A stretch of DNA of 64,000 nt from an uncultured Gammaproteobacteria bacterium (lineage in GTDB: Bacteria > Patescibacteriota > Microgenomatia > Levybacterales > GWA1-39-11), in assembly GCA_964452165.1 (NCBI GenBank), contig CAYVKP010000001.1, positions 204,110 through 268,109 of the forward strand, given 5' to 3'. The notes beneath the pieces are model-generated. The model saw only the letters and a program-made list of their open reading frames with translations, made no database searches and was not told the DNA's origin. This document shows, piece by piece, positions 36,030-45,278 of the stretch; positions within the stretch are counted from its first letter, which is position 1, and each line of letters starts with the position of its first letter. Position numbers and translations under genes: made by a program.

Positions 36030-37493
36030 ATGGATAAAGACTCGCAAAAACAAAATTTTCCGCCGGTTGTTTCGGTCTTAGGTCACGTTGACCACGGAAA
36101 AACCTCACTCCTCGATAAAATTCGTGAAACCTCAGTTGCTACCCGGGAGAAGGGCGGAATTACACAAAAAATAGGTGCCTCAGAAATTGAAATTGACCAC
36201 GAGGGACAAAAACGAAAAATTACTTTTATTGATACACCCGGGCATGAGGCGTTTGCCAATATGCGCTCTCAGGGAGTAAATGCTGCAGATATAGTTCTTC
36301 TAATAGTTGCTGCAGATGATGGTGTAATGCCGCAAACTCGAGAATCAATTCAAAAAATAATCGACGCCAAAATTCCTTATATCGTAGTATTTACAAAAAT
36401 AGATATTGATGGGGTAAGTATTGAACGCGCAAAGCAGAGCGTTGCCAAAGAGGGAATTTTACTCGAAGGTCTTGGAGGAGAAGTTCCATATGTGGGGGTT
36501 TCGAGCAAAACAGGGGAGAAGGTCAAGGATCTACTTGATTTAATAGTTTTAGTTTATGATCTCTCTGGCGTAAAAAAGGACTCAAGCGCACCCTTCATGG
36601 GAGTTGTAATTGACGCCAAGCGCGATTCACGCCGTGGAATTGTTGCAACGCTTGTAATAAAGTCTGGGAAGATTGAAGTTGGGAATAAATTATATACACA
36701 TGGAAAAGAGGCCGGTAAAGTAAGGGCGATGCTTGATACAACGGGCAAGAATGTAAAAATGGCCACAATTGGTGCTGCAGTAGAGCTTCTGGGGTTAGCT
36801 GAAGTTTTGCCCGCGGGTAGTGTTCTTTTCGACCGAGAAACAGAACCGGTAGTGGTACCGGATAACAAGCCGGTACCTACCGAACCTCAAGATTTGATGG
36901 CGTTTTTGAGTGCTGTTCAGCCTGACTTTATTCCTATAATTCTAAAGACTCAGTCAAGTGCTGAGCTTGAAGCTATTAAAAATTCGTTACCTGAATCGGT
37001 AAAGATTATTTTTGAGGGTCTCGGGGAAGTTGGAGTTGCAGATATACTTATGGCAAAAGACTTTCATGCGTTGGTTCTGGCGTTCAACGTAGACGCTACA
37101 AAAGAGGCAAAGACGCTGGCCGAATCAGAAAAAGTATTTTTTAAGTCCTACGAAATCATATATCAAATGCTTGATGAGATTGAGCTGCTTCTTGGAGCCG
37201 TGGCTGAGCCTGCGGAAAAGGTGATCGGGCAAGGCAAGATACAGGCATCATTTCTAGGTACGACAGGCACAATAATCGGCTTGAAGGTCACCGAGGGTAG
37301 ACTGGCCGTAGGCGATAAAATCAAAATCATGCGTAGTGAGCGTGAGATGGGCACGGCTGAAATCACCTCAATCAGGCACGGTAAGGAAGACGTGAAGCTC
37401 GTTTCGAAGAATACGGAATGTGGAATAATGATTAAGCCTGACGTTGACTTTGCCCCTCAAGATGATATAATAGCCTATAGCAAAAAACAATAG
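36030..37493 (+). CDS. infB: Translation initiation factor IF-2 (short form, lacks N-terminal extension)
   Basis: G-domain VLGHVDHGKTSLLD, DTPGHEAF, beta-barrel and C-terminal domains. Only 487 aa. Confidence 0.9.
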   Translation: MDKDSQKQNFPPVVSVLGHVDHGKTSLLDKIRETSVATREKGGITQKIGASEIEIDHEGQKRKITFIDTPGHEAFANMRSQGVNAADIVLLIVAADDGVMPQTRESIQKIIDAKIPYIVVFTKIDIDGVSIERAKQSVAKEGILLEGLGGEVPYVGVSSKTGEKVKDLLDLIVLVYDLSGVKKDSSAPFMGVVIDAKRDSRRGIVATLVIKSGKIEVGNKLYTHGKEAGKVRAMLDTTGKNVKMATIGAAVELLGLAEVLPAGSVLFDRETEPVVVPDNKPVPTEPQDLMAFLSAVQPDFIPIILKTQSSAELEAIKNSLPESVKIIFEGLGEVGVADILMAKDFHALVLAFNVDATKEAKTLAESEKVFFKSYEIIYQMLDEIELLLGAVAEPAEKVIGQGKIQASFLGTTGTIIGLKVTEGRLAVGDKIKIMRSEREMGTAEITSIRHGKEDVKLVSKNTECGIMIKPDVDFAPQDDIIAYSKKQ

Positions 37494-37501
37494 GTTGTTT
37501 T

Positions 37502-38626
37502 ATGACTAGTTCTCTCATCAAAAATCAACACAATCAGGTTCGTGAGCTTATCGATTCAGCAGCCTCAATAGGCGTTATAATCGGTGATGCCCAGAACGTG
37601 GATAGCGTGGCCGCGGCACTCTCAATTTACTTAATTCTTGAGACATACGGTAAAAACGTTCAAATAATCTCCAAAAAGCAGCCCACAGTTGAGGTTTCAA
37701 ACCTGGTTGGAATAGACCGAGTTGCTGATGGATTTAGTGGTGTCGCAAAAACACTCACAATCTCAGTTCCATATCGCGAGGGAGAAATTGAAAAAGTCTC
37801 CTATAATATTGAAGGAGACAGGCTTAATGTTAATCTTTTTGCAGAGGAGAACGGAATAACATTCAGCGAACGTGACGTAGAGTACATTAGAAAAGGTTCT
37901 TCTCCGGACCTTATTATTACAGTTGGGGTAACAAATGACGAGGACATAAAGGGTTTTGTTGATGTTTCAAATGTTAAGATCATTAATATTGACAGAAATC
38001 CTTTAAATACAGCCACAGGAGACGTTTCTCTCATAGATCCATCGTTCTCGTCTCTGTCAGAGGTTGTTACGAGTATCGCCATGGATATGAATTTCCCAGC
38101 AGATGTTGATGCCTACCAGAATTTAATGGACGGAATTGTATCCTCAACTAATAATTTTACGGCTCCTGCAACATCCGGTTTTGCATTTGAGGCAGCGGGA
38201 TTCTTGCTCCAAAATGGCGCAAAAAGAAAACAGATAGAAGTTACGCAACCAAGACGCGATACTTTTCCAAAAGAAGATTTATTTTTAAACACCAACCCAA
38301 GGCCTCAGAATCAACCTAAGGCAAGCAGACCGGTCCAGAATTTCCCAAGACCCCAAGGTCAAAACCAGAATAAGCCTTTCCCAAGACCTCAGGCGGGTCC
38401 TGTGCAAACCGCTCCATTAGCAACTCCTGCTCCAATGAGCGCAAGCAACAATCAAAACCCTAACGTTCAAACTCCTTCAAAACCCTTCTCGGCACCAAAA
38501 GAGATGGCAAGTGAGACTCAAGATATGCCAGATGAGGCACAATTTACAGAGGGCGGAATGGGATCTGAAATTCCTGACGATTGGTTTCTTCCAAAAGTCT
38601 TCAAGGGAAGCAAAAAAGGCAACTAA
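37502..38626 (+). CDS. DHH-fold (NrnA-like) protein with degenerate catalytic motifs and Pro/Gln-rich C-terminal tail
   Basis: IGVIIGDAQNVDSVAAALSIYL...GKNVQII follows the DHH motif-I spacing but lacks the His/DHH residues. Low-complexity PQNQPK repeats at the C-terminus. Sits where rbfA/nrnA sit in nusA-infB operons. Confidence 0.4.
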   Translation: MTSSLIKNQHNQVRELIDSAASIGVIIGDAQNVDSVAAALSIYLILETYGKNVQIISKKQPTVEVSNLVGIDRVADGFSGVAKTLTISVPYREGEIEKVSYNIEGDRLNVNLFAEENGITFSERDVEYIRKGSSPDLIITVGVTNDEDIKGFVDVSNVKIINIDRNPLNTATGDVSLIDPSFSSLSEVVTSIAMDMNFPADVDAYQNLMDGIVSSTNNFTAPATSGFAFEAAGFLLQNGAKRKQIEVTQPRRDTFPKEDLFLNTNPRPQNQPKASRPVQNFPRPQGQNQNKPFPRPQAGPVQTAPLATPAPMSASNNQNPNVQTPSKPFSAPKEMASETQDMPDEAQFTEGGMGSEIPDDWFLPKVFKGSKKGN

Positions 38627-38645
38627 ACCTCTCTTAAGTTAAGTA

Positions 38646-38675
38646 ATTGAAAATTGAGTTCGAATCTGCTAAAAT
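38646..38675 (+). promoter_or_regulatory. Candidate rpsO promoter (TTGAAA-17-TAAAAT with TGCTAAAAT extended -10)
   Basis: ttgaaaattgagttcgaatctgcTAAAAT. The same AATCTGCTAAAAT box occurs upstream of the dnaJ-like gene (3121-3133). Confidence 0.35.
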
Positions 38676-38711
38676 ACACAAGATAATAAATAGAAAGAAG
38701 ATAAAAAATAT

Positions 38712-38981
38712 ATGGCGTTAAGTTCAGATGATAAGAAAAAAATAATTTCAGAATTTGCTACAGTTAAAGGCGACACGGGAAGTCCCGAGGTACAAATTGC
38801 CCTTCTAACCAACAAAATTCAAAAACTTACAGATCATCTCAAAATACACCAAAAAGATTCACACAGTAGACGCGGGCTTTTAAATATGTTATCAAAGAGA
38901 AGAAGGTTATTTAATTTTTTAGCTAGAATGGACAAATCTCGGGGAGATGAAATAGGAAAGAAAGTAGGAATGACCGCATAA
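38712..38981 (+). CDS. rpsO: 30S ribosomal protein S15
   Basis: DTGSPEVQIALLT..I..L..H...H.KD.HSRRGLL.M...RR.L matches the S15 signature. Confidence 0.9.
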   Translation: MALSSDDKKKIISEFATVKGDTGSPEVQIALLTNKIQKLTDHLKIHQKDSHSRRGLLNMLSKRRRLFNFLARMDKSRGDEIGKKVGMTA

Positions 38982-39040
38982 TAAATTTACGCTGTTCTTC
39001 GTATAACAATCACACCAATAAAAACCCCCGAAATATATAA

Positions 39041-41431
39041 ATGAAACAATCAAAAAAAGAAATTCAGGTTAACGGATCAACCATTGAGCTCTCAACGGGG
39101 CTTCTTGCAGGACAAGCAACTTCTGCCGTGGTAGCACGTGTAGGTGACACAATGATCATTGCAACCGTTGTTATGGGGCGAAACGATACTACTCTTGGCT
39201 ATTTCCCACTGTCGGTTGAATATGTAGAAAGACTTTACGCGGGCGGAAAAATAAAGGGAAGCCGTTGGGTGAAACGCGAGGGCAGGCCCTCTGATGACGC
39301 AATCCTTACAGCTCGTATGATAGACCGCTCCATAAGACCTCTTTTTCCAAAAGAGCTTAAAAAAGATATTCAGGTTGTTGTCACCGTTTTGTCTGTAGAC
39401 TTAGAGCATAAGCCTGATATTCTCGCCGCCGTAGCTGTCTCGGCAGCATTATCTATCTCAAAAATTCCATGGAATGGACCTATTGGAACTACTCGTGTAG
39501 GTTTGATGAAAAAAGAAGAAGAGGAAGAACTTGTTATAAATCCTTCAGCAACAGAAGAAGCCTTTATGGATCTTGATTTAGTTGTTTCAAGTAGACAAGG
39601 CCGTTCGGTCATGATTGAAGCAGGAGCAAAGCAAGTACCGGAGAAAAAAGTAGACGCTGGAATAAAACTTGCAAAAGAGGCAAATGCAAAAATTGAGACA
39701 GCAATAAACGAGTGGGTAAAAGAAATTGGAGAAAAGAAGATAGCGCTCGCAAAAGATGAGAAAAAAGAAGAAGTAATCATGCTTGTCGAGAAATCGTATA
39801 AAGATAAGATGGTTGAATTAATTGAAAAGGGAGTTGATAGGGAAGTTGGGGCAGAATTACAAGCAATAATTGATGCAATTTATGAACTTGAGAAGGAGAA
39901 TATTGACGACAAGGGCAAAATTGCCGGTGCAGTTGATTACGTTTTCAAGAAAACGGTTCGTGAGCAAATAATGACTCAGAAGAAAAGACCCGACGGTAGA
40001 GCGATTGATGAAATTCGCCCAATCTCGGCCCAAGTTGGTTTCTTACCCAGAACTCATGGCTCGGCCATATTTACAAGAGGAGAGACTCAAGGACTGTCGG
40101 TTGCGACGCTTGGTCCGTCCTCCATGGAGCAGATTATAGAGGGCCCTGAGGGTGAGGAAAAGAAAAGATACATGCATCATTATTCTTTCCCACCTTATTC
40201 TGTTGGTGAAACGGGTAGGATGATGTCTCCAAATAGGCGTGAGGTAGGACACGGCGCCTTAGCCGAAAAAGCACTAGAACCGGTGATTCCCGATATTTCG
40301 GTTTTCCCATATGCAATTCGCGTTGTTTCTGAAATTATGTCTTCAAATGGTTCTACGTCTCAAGCAGCTGTTTGTGGTTCAACCTTAGCTTTGCTTGATG
40401 CGGGAGTTCCGCTTACCGCACATGTTGCGGGAATTGCAATAGGACTTATGACTCAAGGTGATAAATTCATAACCCTCACCGACATAATCGGACTCGAAGA
40501 TTTCTCCGGAGACATGGACTTTAAGGTTGCCGGAACAAAAGATGGAATTACTGCAATTCAGTTGGACGTGAAGATAGATGGGTTAACCAATGAGATTGAG
40601 ACAGAGACACTTGAAAAAGCTAGAGTAGCAAGGTTGGCGGTTCTTGAAAAGATGGTGGAAGTTATTCCGGCAGCACGTACCGACGTTTCAAAATATGCAC
40701 CGAAAATTAAGACTGTCAAAATTGATCCTGAGAAAATTGGGGAAGTTATTGGATCGGGAGGAAAGACAATCCGCAACATTTCCGCAACAACAGGTGCAAC
40801 CGTTGATGTTGCTGAAGATGGAACAGTTTCAATCTCGGCAGTTGATGAGGCAGCTGTTGAAAAAGCAGCTGAATGGGTCGATCTTATAACCCGAGAACTT
40901 CAAAAGGGTGAAGTTTTTGAGGGAACAGTCAAGAGAATTGTCAATTTTGGAGCATTTGTTGAGATAGTTCCCGGTAAAGAAGGGCTAGTCCACGTCTCTG
41001 AAATGTCCACAGAGTACGTTAAGGATCCGGCAGACGTTGTTGAGATAGGACAGAAAGTGAAAGTTAACGTACGTGAGGTTGACGAACACGGAAGAATTAA
41101 TCTTTCAATGATTTTTGGTGAAAGACCTGAACGACCGGGAGGATCTGAAGGTGGAGATCGCGGTGACCGCGGACCCACTCGAGGCTCAGGGCAGGGACGA
41201 GAGGATCGTCCACGTGGAGGCCGAGATTTTGGTCCAAGACGTGAGGGAGGATCACGAGGTCCAAGGTCCTTCGGTGGCGCCCAAGGAGGCCGAGATTTTG
41301 GTCCAAGGAGTGAAGGGCAAGATAGGGGTCCGAGAAGAAGTTTTGGTGGACCAAGACGTGGTGGACCAAGAAGCAGACCGGCTCCATTTGACTCAATGCG
41401 CCCAGGTGGCGATGACCGCAACAGAAGATAG
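39041..41431 (+). CDS. pnp: Polynucleotide phosphorylase with C-terminal Arg/Gly-rich (RGG-like) tail
   Basis: Two RNase PH domains, KH and S1 domains, then about 110 aa of GDRGDRGP/RGGRDFGPR repeats. Confidence 0.95.
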   Translation: MKQSKKEIQVNGSTIELSTGLLAGQATSAVVARVGDTMIIATVVMGRNDTTLGYFPLSVEYVERLYAGGKIKGSRWVKREGRPSDDAILTARMIDRSIRPLFPKELKKDIQVVVTVLSVDLEHKPDILAAVAVSAALSISKIPWNGPIGTTRVGLMKKEEEEELVINPSATEEAFMDLDLVVSSRQGRSVMIEAGAKQVPEKKVDAGIKLAKEANAKIETAINEWVKEIGEKKIALAKDEKKEEVIMLVEKSYKDKMVELIEKGVDREVGAELQAIIDAIYELEKENIDDKGKIAGAVDYVFKKTVREQIMTQKKRPDGRAIDEIRPISAQVGFLPRTHGSAIFTRGETQGLSVATLGPSSMEQIIEGPEGEEKKRYMHHYSFPPYSVGETGRMMSPNRREVGHGALAEKALEPVIPDISVFPYAIRVVSEIMSSNGSTSQAAVCGSTLALLDAGVPLTAHVAGIAIGLMTQGDKFITLTDIIGLEDFSGDMDFKVAGTKDGITAIQLDVKIDGLTNEIETETLEKARVARLAVLEKMVEVIPAARTDVSKYAPKIKTVKIDPEKIGEVIGSGGKTIRNISATTGATVDVAEDGTVSISAVDEAAVEKAAEWVDLITRELQKGEVFEGTVKRIVNFGAFVEIVPGKEGLVHVSEMSTEYVKDPADVVEIGQKVKVNVREVDEHGRINLSMIFGERPERPGGSEGGDRGDRGPTRGSGQGREDRPRGGRDFGPRREGGSRGPRSFGGAQGGRDFGPRSEGQDRGPRRSFGGPRRGGPRSRPAPFDSMRPGGDDRNRR

Positions 41432-41500
41432 CTTACCCTCTAATTTGTGCGTTTAAATTCAAGGCTTTTGGCGTAATCACAATAATGTTATACTTTTCCT

Positions 41501-42661
41501 ATGGATAATTCTGCCCAGAAAGCGGACGGTTCTGCCGTTGCGCAAACACAAAACACCGCACAACAGGTTCCAGTTCCGGCCAGTCCCGCGCCCGCAAACG
41601 AGAAGTTTAACGTAGAAGACCAATTGGCAAAGCTAGATGCATCAATTGCACAAGCATCATTACCCGTTGATCTCCATCAAAAAGTGGTCGCAATGGCAAA
41701 TCGTCTCAAGATTATTAAAGGAGACGGAAGCTTTTTCTTAGAGTATGATTCTATTAGTCGTTATATTGAGTGGATTACGAATTTACCGTGGAATAAAAGT
41801 TCAGATGATATTTTAGATTTGAATCATGCCAAGCAAGTCCTGGATCACAATCACTACGGGCTTAATGACGTTAAGGAGAAAATCATGGAGTATTTGTCAA
41901 TTATGATTTTGAAAAAGAAAAAAGAAATGGGAGCAGAATCCTTTGCACGTGCACCAATAATCTCACTTGTCGGACTTGTCGGTGTAGGAAAAACTACAAT
42001 TGCTTACTCAATTGCCGAAGCACTGGGACGAAAAATTGAGCGCATCCCTTTTGGAGGAATGGGATCGGCGGGGCAACTTAGAGGTAAAACTCGACTTTTC
42101 CCTGATGCCGAACCGGGACTCGTCATGAAAGCATTGAGACGAGCCGGCACTAATAATCCGGTAATCTTGCTCGATGAGATTGACCGCGTATCGGCTGAGG
42201 CAAGAGCTGATATTATGGGAGTTTTGGTAGAACTTTTGGATCCGACCCAGAATAAGGCTTTTTCAGATCATTTTATCGATTACCCCTTCAATTTACAGAA
42301 TGTTTTATTCATTGCAACGAGTAACAACACTAAAGATATCTCAACTGCGGTACTTGACCGTCTTGAGATAATTCAAATGCCCTCATATACTGATGAAGAG
42401 AAGATAACTATTGCAAAAAACTATATGTTTCCAAAGGTTTTGAAAGAATCGGGAATGAGCGCGGCAGAGGTTGTAATTGATGATCCGGTTTGGGCCGAAA
42501 TTGTTAGGCCACTGGGATATGATTCCGGAATACGTTCGCTTGAAAGAATTGTTCAGGGAGTCGTGCGAAAAGTTGTTTTCCATCAGCTCCTGGGGCAAAT
42601 TCCTGCCGGACCGTTTCGAATTACGGCACAAAATGTAAAGGAGTACGTGCCGGCTTGGTAA
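41501..42661 (+). CDS. Lon-like AAA+ ATPase module lacking the S16 protease domain and LON N-domain
   Basis: HYGLNDVKEKIMEYL, Walker A GLVGVGKTT, LLDEIDRVS, DPTQNKAFSDHFIDYPFNLQNVLFIATSN and SGIRSLER all match the Lon ATPase region. The ORF ends after the AAA+ alpha subdomain at 386 aa. Confidence 0.7.
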   Translation: MDNSAQKADGSAVAQTQNTAQQVPVPASPAPANEKFNVEDQLAKLDASIAQASLPVDLHQKVVAMANRLKIIKGDGSFFLEYDSISRYIEWITNLPWNKSSDDILDLNHAKQVLDHNHYGLNDVKEKIMEYLSIMILKKKKEMGAESFARAPIISLVGLVGVGKTTIAYSIAEALGRKIERIPFGGMGSAGQLRGKTRLFPDAEPGLVMKALRRAGTNNPVILLDEIDRVSAEARADIMGVLVELLDPTQNKAFSDHFIDYPFNLQNVLFIATSNNTKDISTAVLDRLEIIQMPSYTDEEKITIAKNYMFPKVLKESGMSAAEVVIDDPVWAEIVRPLGYDSGIRSLERIVQGVVRKVVFHQLLGQIPAGPFRITAQNVKEYVPAW

Positions 42662-42668
42662 TTTAAGT

Positions 42669-44324
42669 ATGGATACAGTTTCATATATTTCACTTGGCGG
42701 AGTTGGAGGCGTTACAAAAAACATGCATATGTATGTCTTTGGACGCGAGATTCTTCTGGTGGATTGCGGCATAGGTTTTGTAGATGACTCAATGCCGGGA
42801 GTTGATCTTTCTATTCCCAACATTTCATATCTAAAACAACAAATTGCAGCGGGAAAAAGAATTGTTGGAATGATGCTCTCACACGGTCACGAAGATCATA
42901 TTGGAGCGCTGCCCTTTATATTGCCTCAGTTACCACAATTTCCGGTTTACGGAACCACCTTAACCGCAGCTTTAGCAAATGAAAAACTTGCAGAATTCGG
43001 TGGTAAAACTCGTGTTCAGACAATTAGATTTAACGATATGCTTCGTCTTGGTGCGTTTAATGTATCGGTTGCCAGAATGACGCATTCAATAATGGATACT
43101 TCAAATATTTTCATTAAGACTCCAATAGGTAATTTTTATCATGGTAGCGATTTTAAGTTTGATTTCACACCGGTGGATGGGAAACCATCAGAAATTAGGA
43201 AAATAGCAAAATGGGGAGAAGAAGGAATCTTGTGTACGATGTCAGATTGTCTTGGCGCAGAACGCACGGGACATTCAAAGTCAGAATTGAATATTACAGA
43301 AAGTTTTGATGATGAATTCAGGCGTTCTCGTGGGAAAATTTTTGTTACCACTTATTCTTCAAATCTTTCGCGTATGAATCAGGCAATTGAGGTAGCAAAA
43401 AAATACAACAGACGCGTTTGTTTTATCGGTAGATCATTTCTTAAGGTTCGTGATGTTGGAAGAAAGCTTAAATATATGGATTTGCCTCCAAAAATGGAGA
43501 TCAAGCCGCAGGAGGTAAGAAGAATGAATCCGGCAAACGTTTTAATACTTCTTGCGGGTAGTCAGGGTCAGGAAGAATCGGGCTTATCAAGGATTGCACA
43601 AGACCAAGATCGTGACATCAGGATTGCGCGTGGAGATACGGTCATATTCTCAGCAGATCCAATTCCCGGAAACGAGATCAATATCACTTCTCTAATCGAT
43701 ACAATTTCAAAAAAAGATGTCAGAGTTGTTTATTCGCAGCTAACCGACGAATTTCATGTTTCAGGACACGGTTCTCAAAACGACCTAAAGCTTCTGATTT
43801 CTTTAACCAACCCCAGATTCTTGTTGCCGATTGGTGGTAATTACAAACACATGGTGGCTTACGAGAAGATGGCGGCTGAGATGGGTTACACAAATGACAA
43901 GGTAATTTTTGCAGATGAGGCAAGGGAGATAATTTTTTCCCAAAGTGGATTCCGAGTGGGTAAATCTCTTTCACCCTCAAATGTATATGTGGACCAAGTA
44001 TCAAAGGGACAAATTGACAGTTATATAATTATGGATCGTAAGAAAATAGCCGAGGAGGGAGTGATTATAATAATTTCTGAAATAAATTCTGCGACTGGGC
44101 AGATAACAGCGCCAGTAGATGTCATTGCGCATGGCGTAAATTTTGATAACAAAGATGAATTTGTTCGTAACATGGGAATTGAGCTGGATAAGGTTTTTTC
44201 GCGAAGAAAAGAAAAAGTAACTAATTGGGGATTTTACAGAAAGACCATTCAACAAAGAGCCGAACAAATGCTGTATGACGAGGGTAGAGAGCCGCTTATA
44301 GTACCCGTAGTGTTGGAAGTTTAA
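42669..44324 (+). CDS. rnj: Ribonuclease J (metallo-beta-lactamase/beta-CASP)
   Basis: MLSHGHEDHIGALP motif, beta-CASP and C-terminal domain. Confidence 0.9.
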   Translation: MDTVSYISLGGVGGVTKNMHMYVFGREILLVDCGIGFVDDSMPGVDLSIPNISYLKQQIAAGKRIVGMMLSHGHEDHIGALPFILPQLPQFPVYGTTLTAALANEKLAEFGGKTRVQTIRFNDMLRLGAFNVSVARMTHSIMDTSNIFIKTPIGNFYHGSDFKFDFTPVDGKPSEIRKIAKWGEEGILCTMSDCLGAERTGHSKSELNITESFDDEFRRSRGKIFVTTYSSNLSRMNQAIEVAKKYNRRVCFIGRSFLKVRDVGRKLKYMDLPPKMEIKPQEVRRMNPANVLILLAGSQGQEESGLSRIAQDQDRDIRIARGDTVIFSADPIPGNEINITSLIDTISKKDVRVVYSQLTDEFHVSGHGSQNDLKLLISLTNPRFLLPIGGNYKHMVAYEKMAAEMGYTNDKVIFADEAREIIFSQSGFRVGKSLSPSNVYVDQVSKGQIDSYIIMDRKKIAEEGVIIIISEINSATGQITAPVDVIAHGVNFDNKDEFVRNMGIELDKVFSRRKEKVTNWGFYRKTIQQRAEQMLYDEGREPLIVPVVLEV

Positions 44325-44412
44325 TTCCGCCACCGCTGTCTTCGGACTTCGTCCTCGCAGCCGGTCTCCCTTCGCTTCGCGATCGGTCCGACCCCGTAGT
44401 GTTGGAAGTTTA
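44324..44412. repeat. GC-rich repeat element copy B (about 69 nt) flanked by a 20-bp direct duplication (cccgtagtgttggaagttta at 44304-44323 and 44393-44412)
   Basis: Boxes CCACCGCTGTCTTC / CGCAGCCGGTCTCCCT / GGTCCGACC are shared with 13113-13183. Hairpins GGAC-TTC-GTCC and TCGC-TTC-GCGA. The duplication supplies stop codons for both convergent genes. Confidence 0.55.
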
Positions 44413-45201
44413 GCTGCTTCTGTCTTTCTTCAGCTTGTTTACCCAAGTTTTATAGCTTGCTTCAATTTTTCTTACTACAGTTTTTGGCTCTTGTTTAATC
44501 AGCTCACTTACTTCAAGTGGAGGAGCAAATGTGACCTTAATAGGAGTTAATAACTTAGCCGCATGAGGAATAAAGCGAAGATAGTCGAAATTTGACGTAC
44601 CTTCAATATATGCTCTTACAACATAAACTTTCTTTTTAGTTTTTATGCCATGGAGTAAATATCCAACACCCGAATACCATTTTTTGTTTTCATCTTTGCT
44701 AGGATTTGGAAAAATAACGACAGATCCTCCTTCGGACACTTTTCTGGCTGCATTATTTATACTTTCGATATTCTTTTTATGCTCTTGCGCCGGACTATAC
44801 GTTGGGACCGGGTGAAATTTTTTAAGAAACTTTTCTCTCAGTTTTTCACCCTTTTGAATATCTACGTGGTGCTCGACATAAACGGGAATCAGATATTTAT
44901 CCGCATTTGGAGCCAAATTCATAAATCTTGAACTAATAATGAGAGATGAGCTTTCCCTTGGGGGGAGAGCCGCAAAAAGCGCGATTATATCTACCTCGTG
45001 AGGGTGATTTGCAACAACTACCACAGACTCATCCTTTAATACATGATTAACTTTGTCAGTCCTTCCTTTGACAATAAGTTTGCTTTTGGAGCGGGTAACC
45101 GTATTCATCATGGCCTGTTGTAGACCGAATTTTTTGACGTCACGGTTAATGGTGCGCACAAAAGGCTTGATAACGGGGAATCTTGTAATTTGCGACTGCA
45201 T
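44410..45201 (-). CDS. Lysophospholipid (1-acylglycerol-3-phosphate) acyltransferase family protein (PlsC-like)
   Basis: HX4D motif VVVANHPHEVD; motif-III-like VIFPNPSKDE. Confidence 0.5.
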   Translation of the reverse strand: MQSQITRFPVIKPFVRTINRDVKKFGLQQAMMNTVTRSKSKLIVKGRTDKVNHVLKDESVVVVANHPHEVDIIALFAALPPRESSSLIISSRFMNLAPNADKYLIPVYVEHHVDIQKGEKLREKFLKKFHPVPTYSPAQEHKKNIESINNAARKVSEGGSVVIFPNPSKDENKKWYSGVGYLLHGIKTKKKVYVVRAYIEGTSNFDYLRFIPHAAKLLTPIKVTFAPPLEVSELIKQEPKTVVRKIEASYKTWVNKLKKDRSS

Positions 45202-45278
45202 ATAAATAAATCCTTAAAAAGACATTATATAAAAATTAACCAATTCGAGCAATATTTGGAAGGCTAAAGACAAATCTC

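Noticed and set aside
38655-38680. tRNA T-loop-like GAGTTCGAATCTGC
   Set aside because: No acceptor or anticodon stems can be formed from the AT-rich flanks. The string is part of the rpsO promoter box (AATCTGCTAAAAT).
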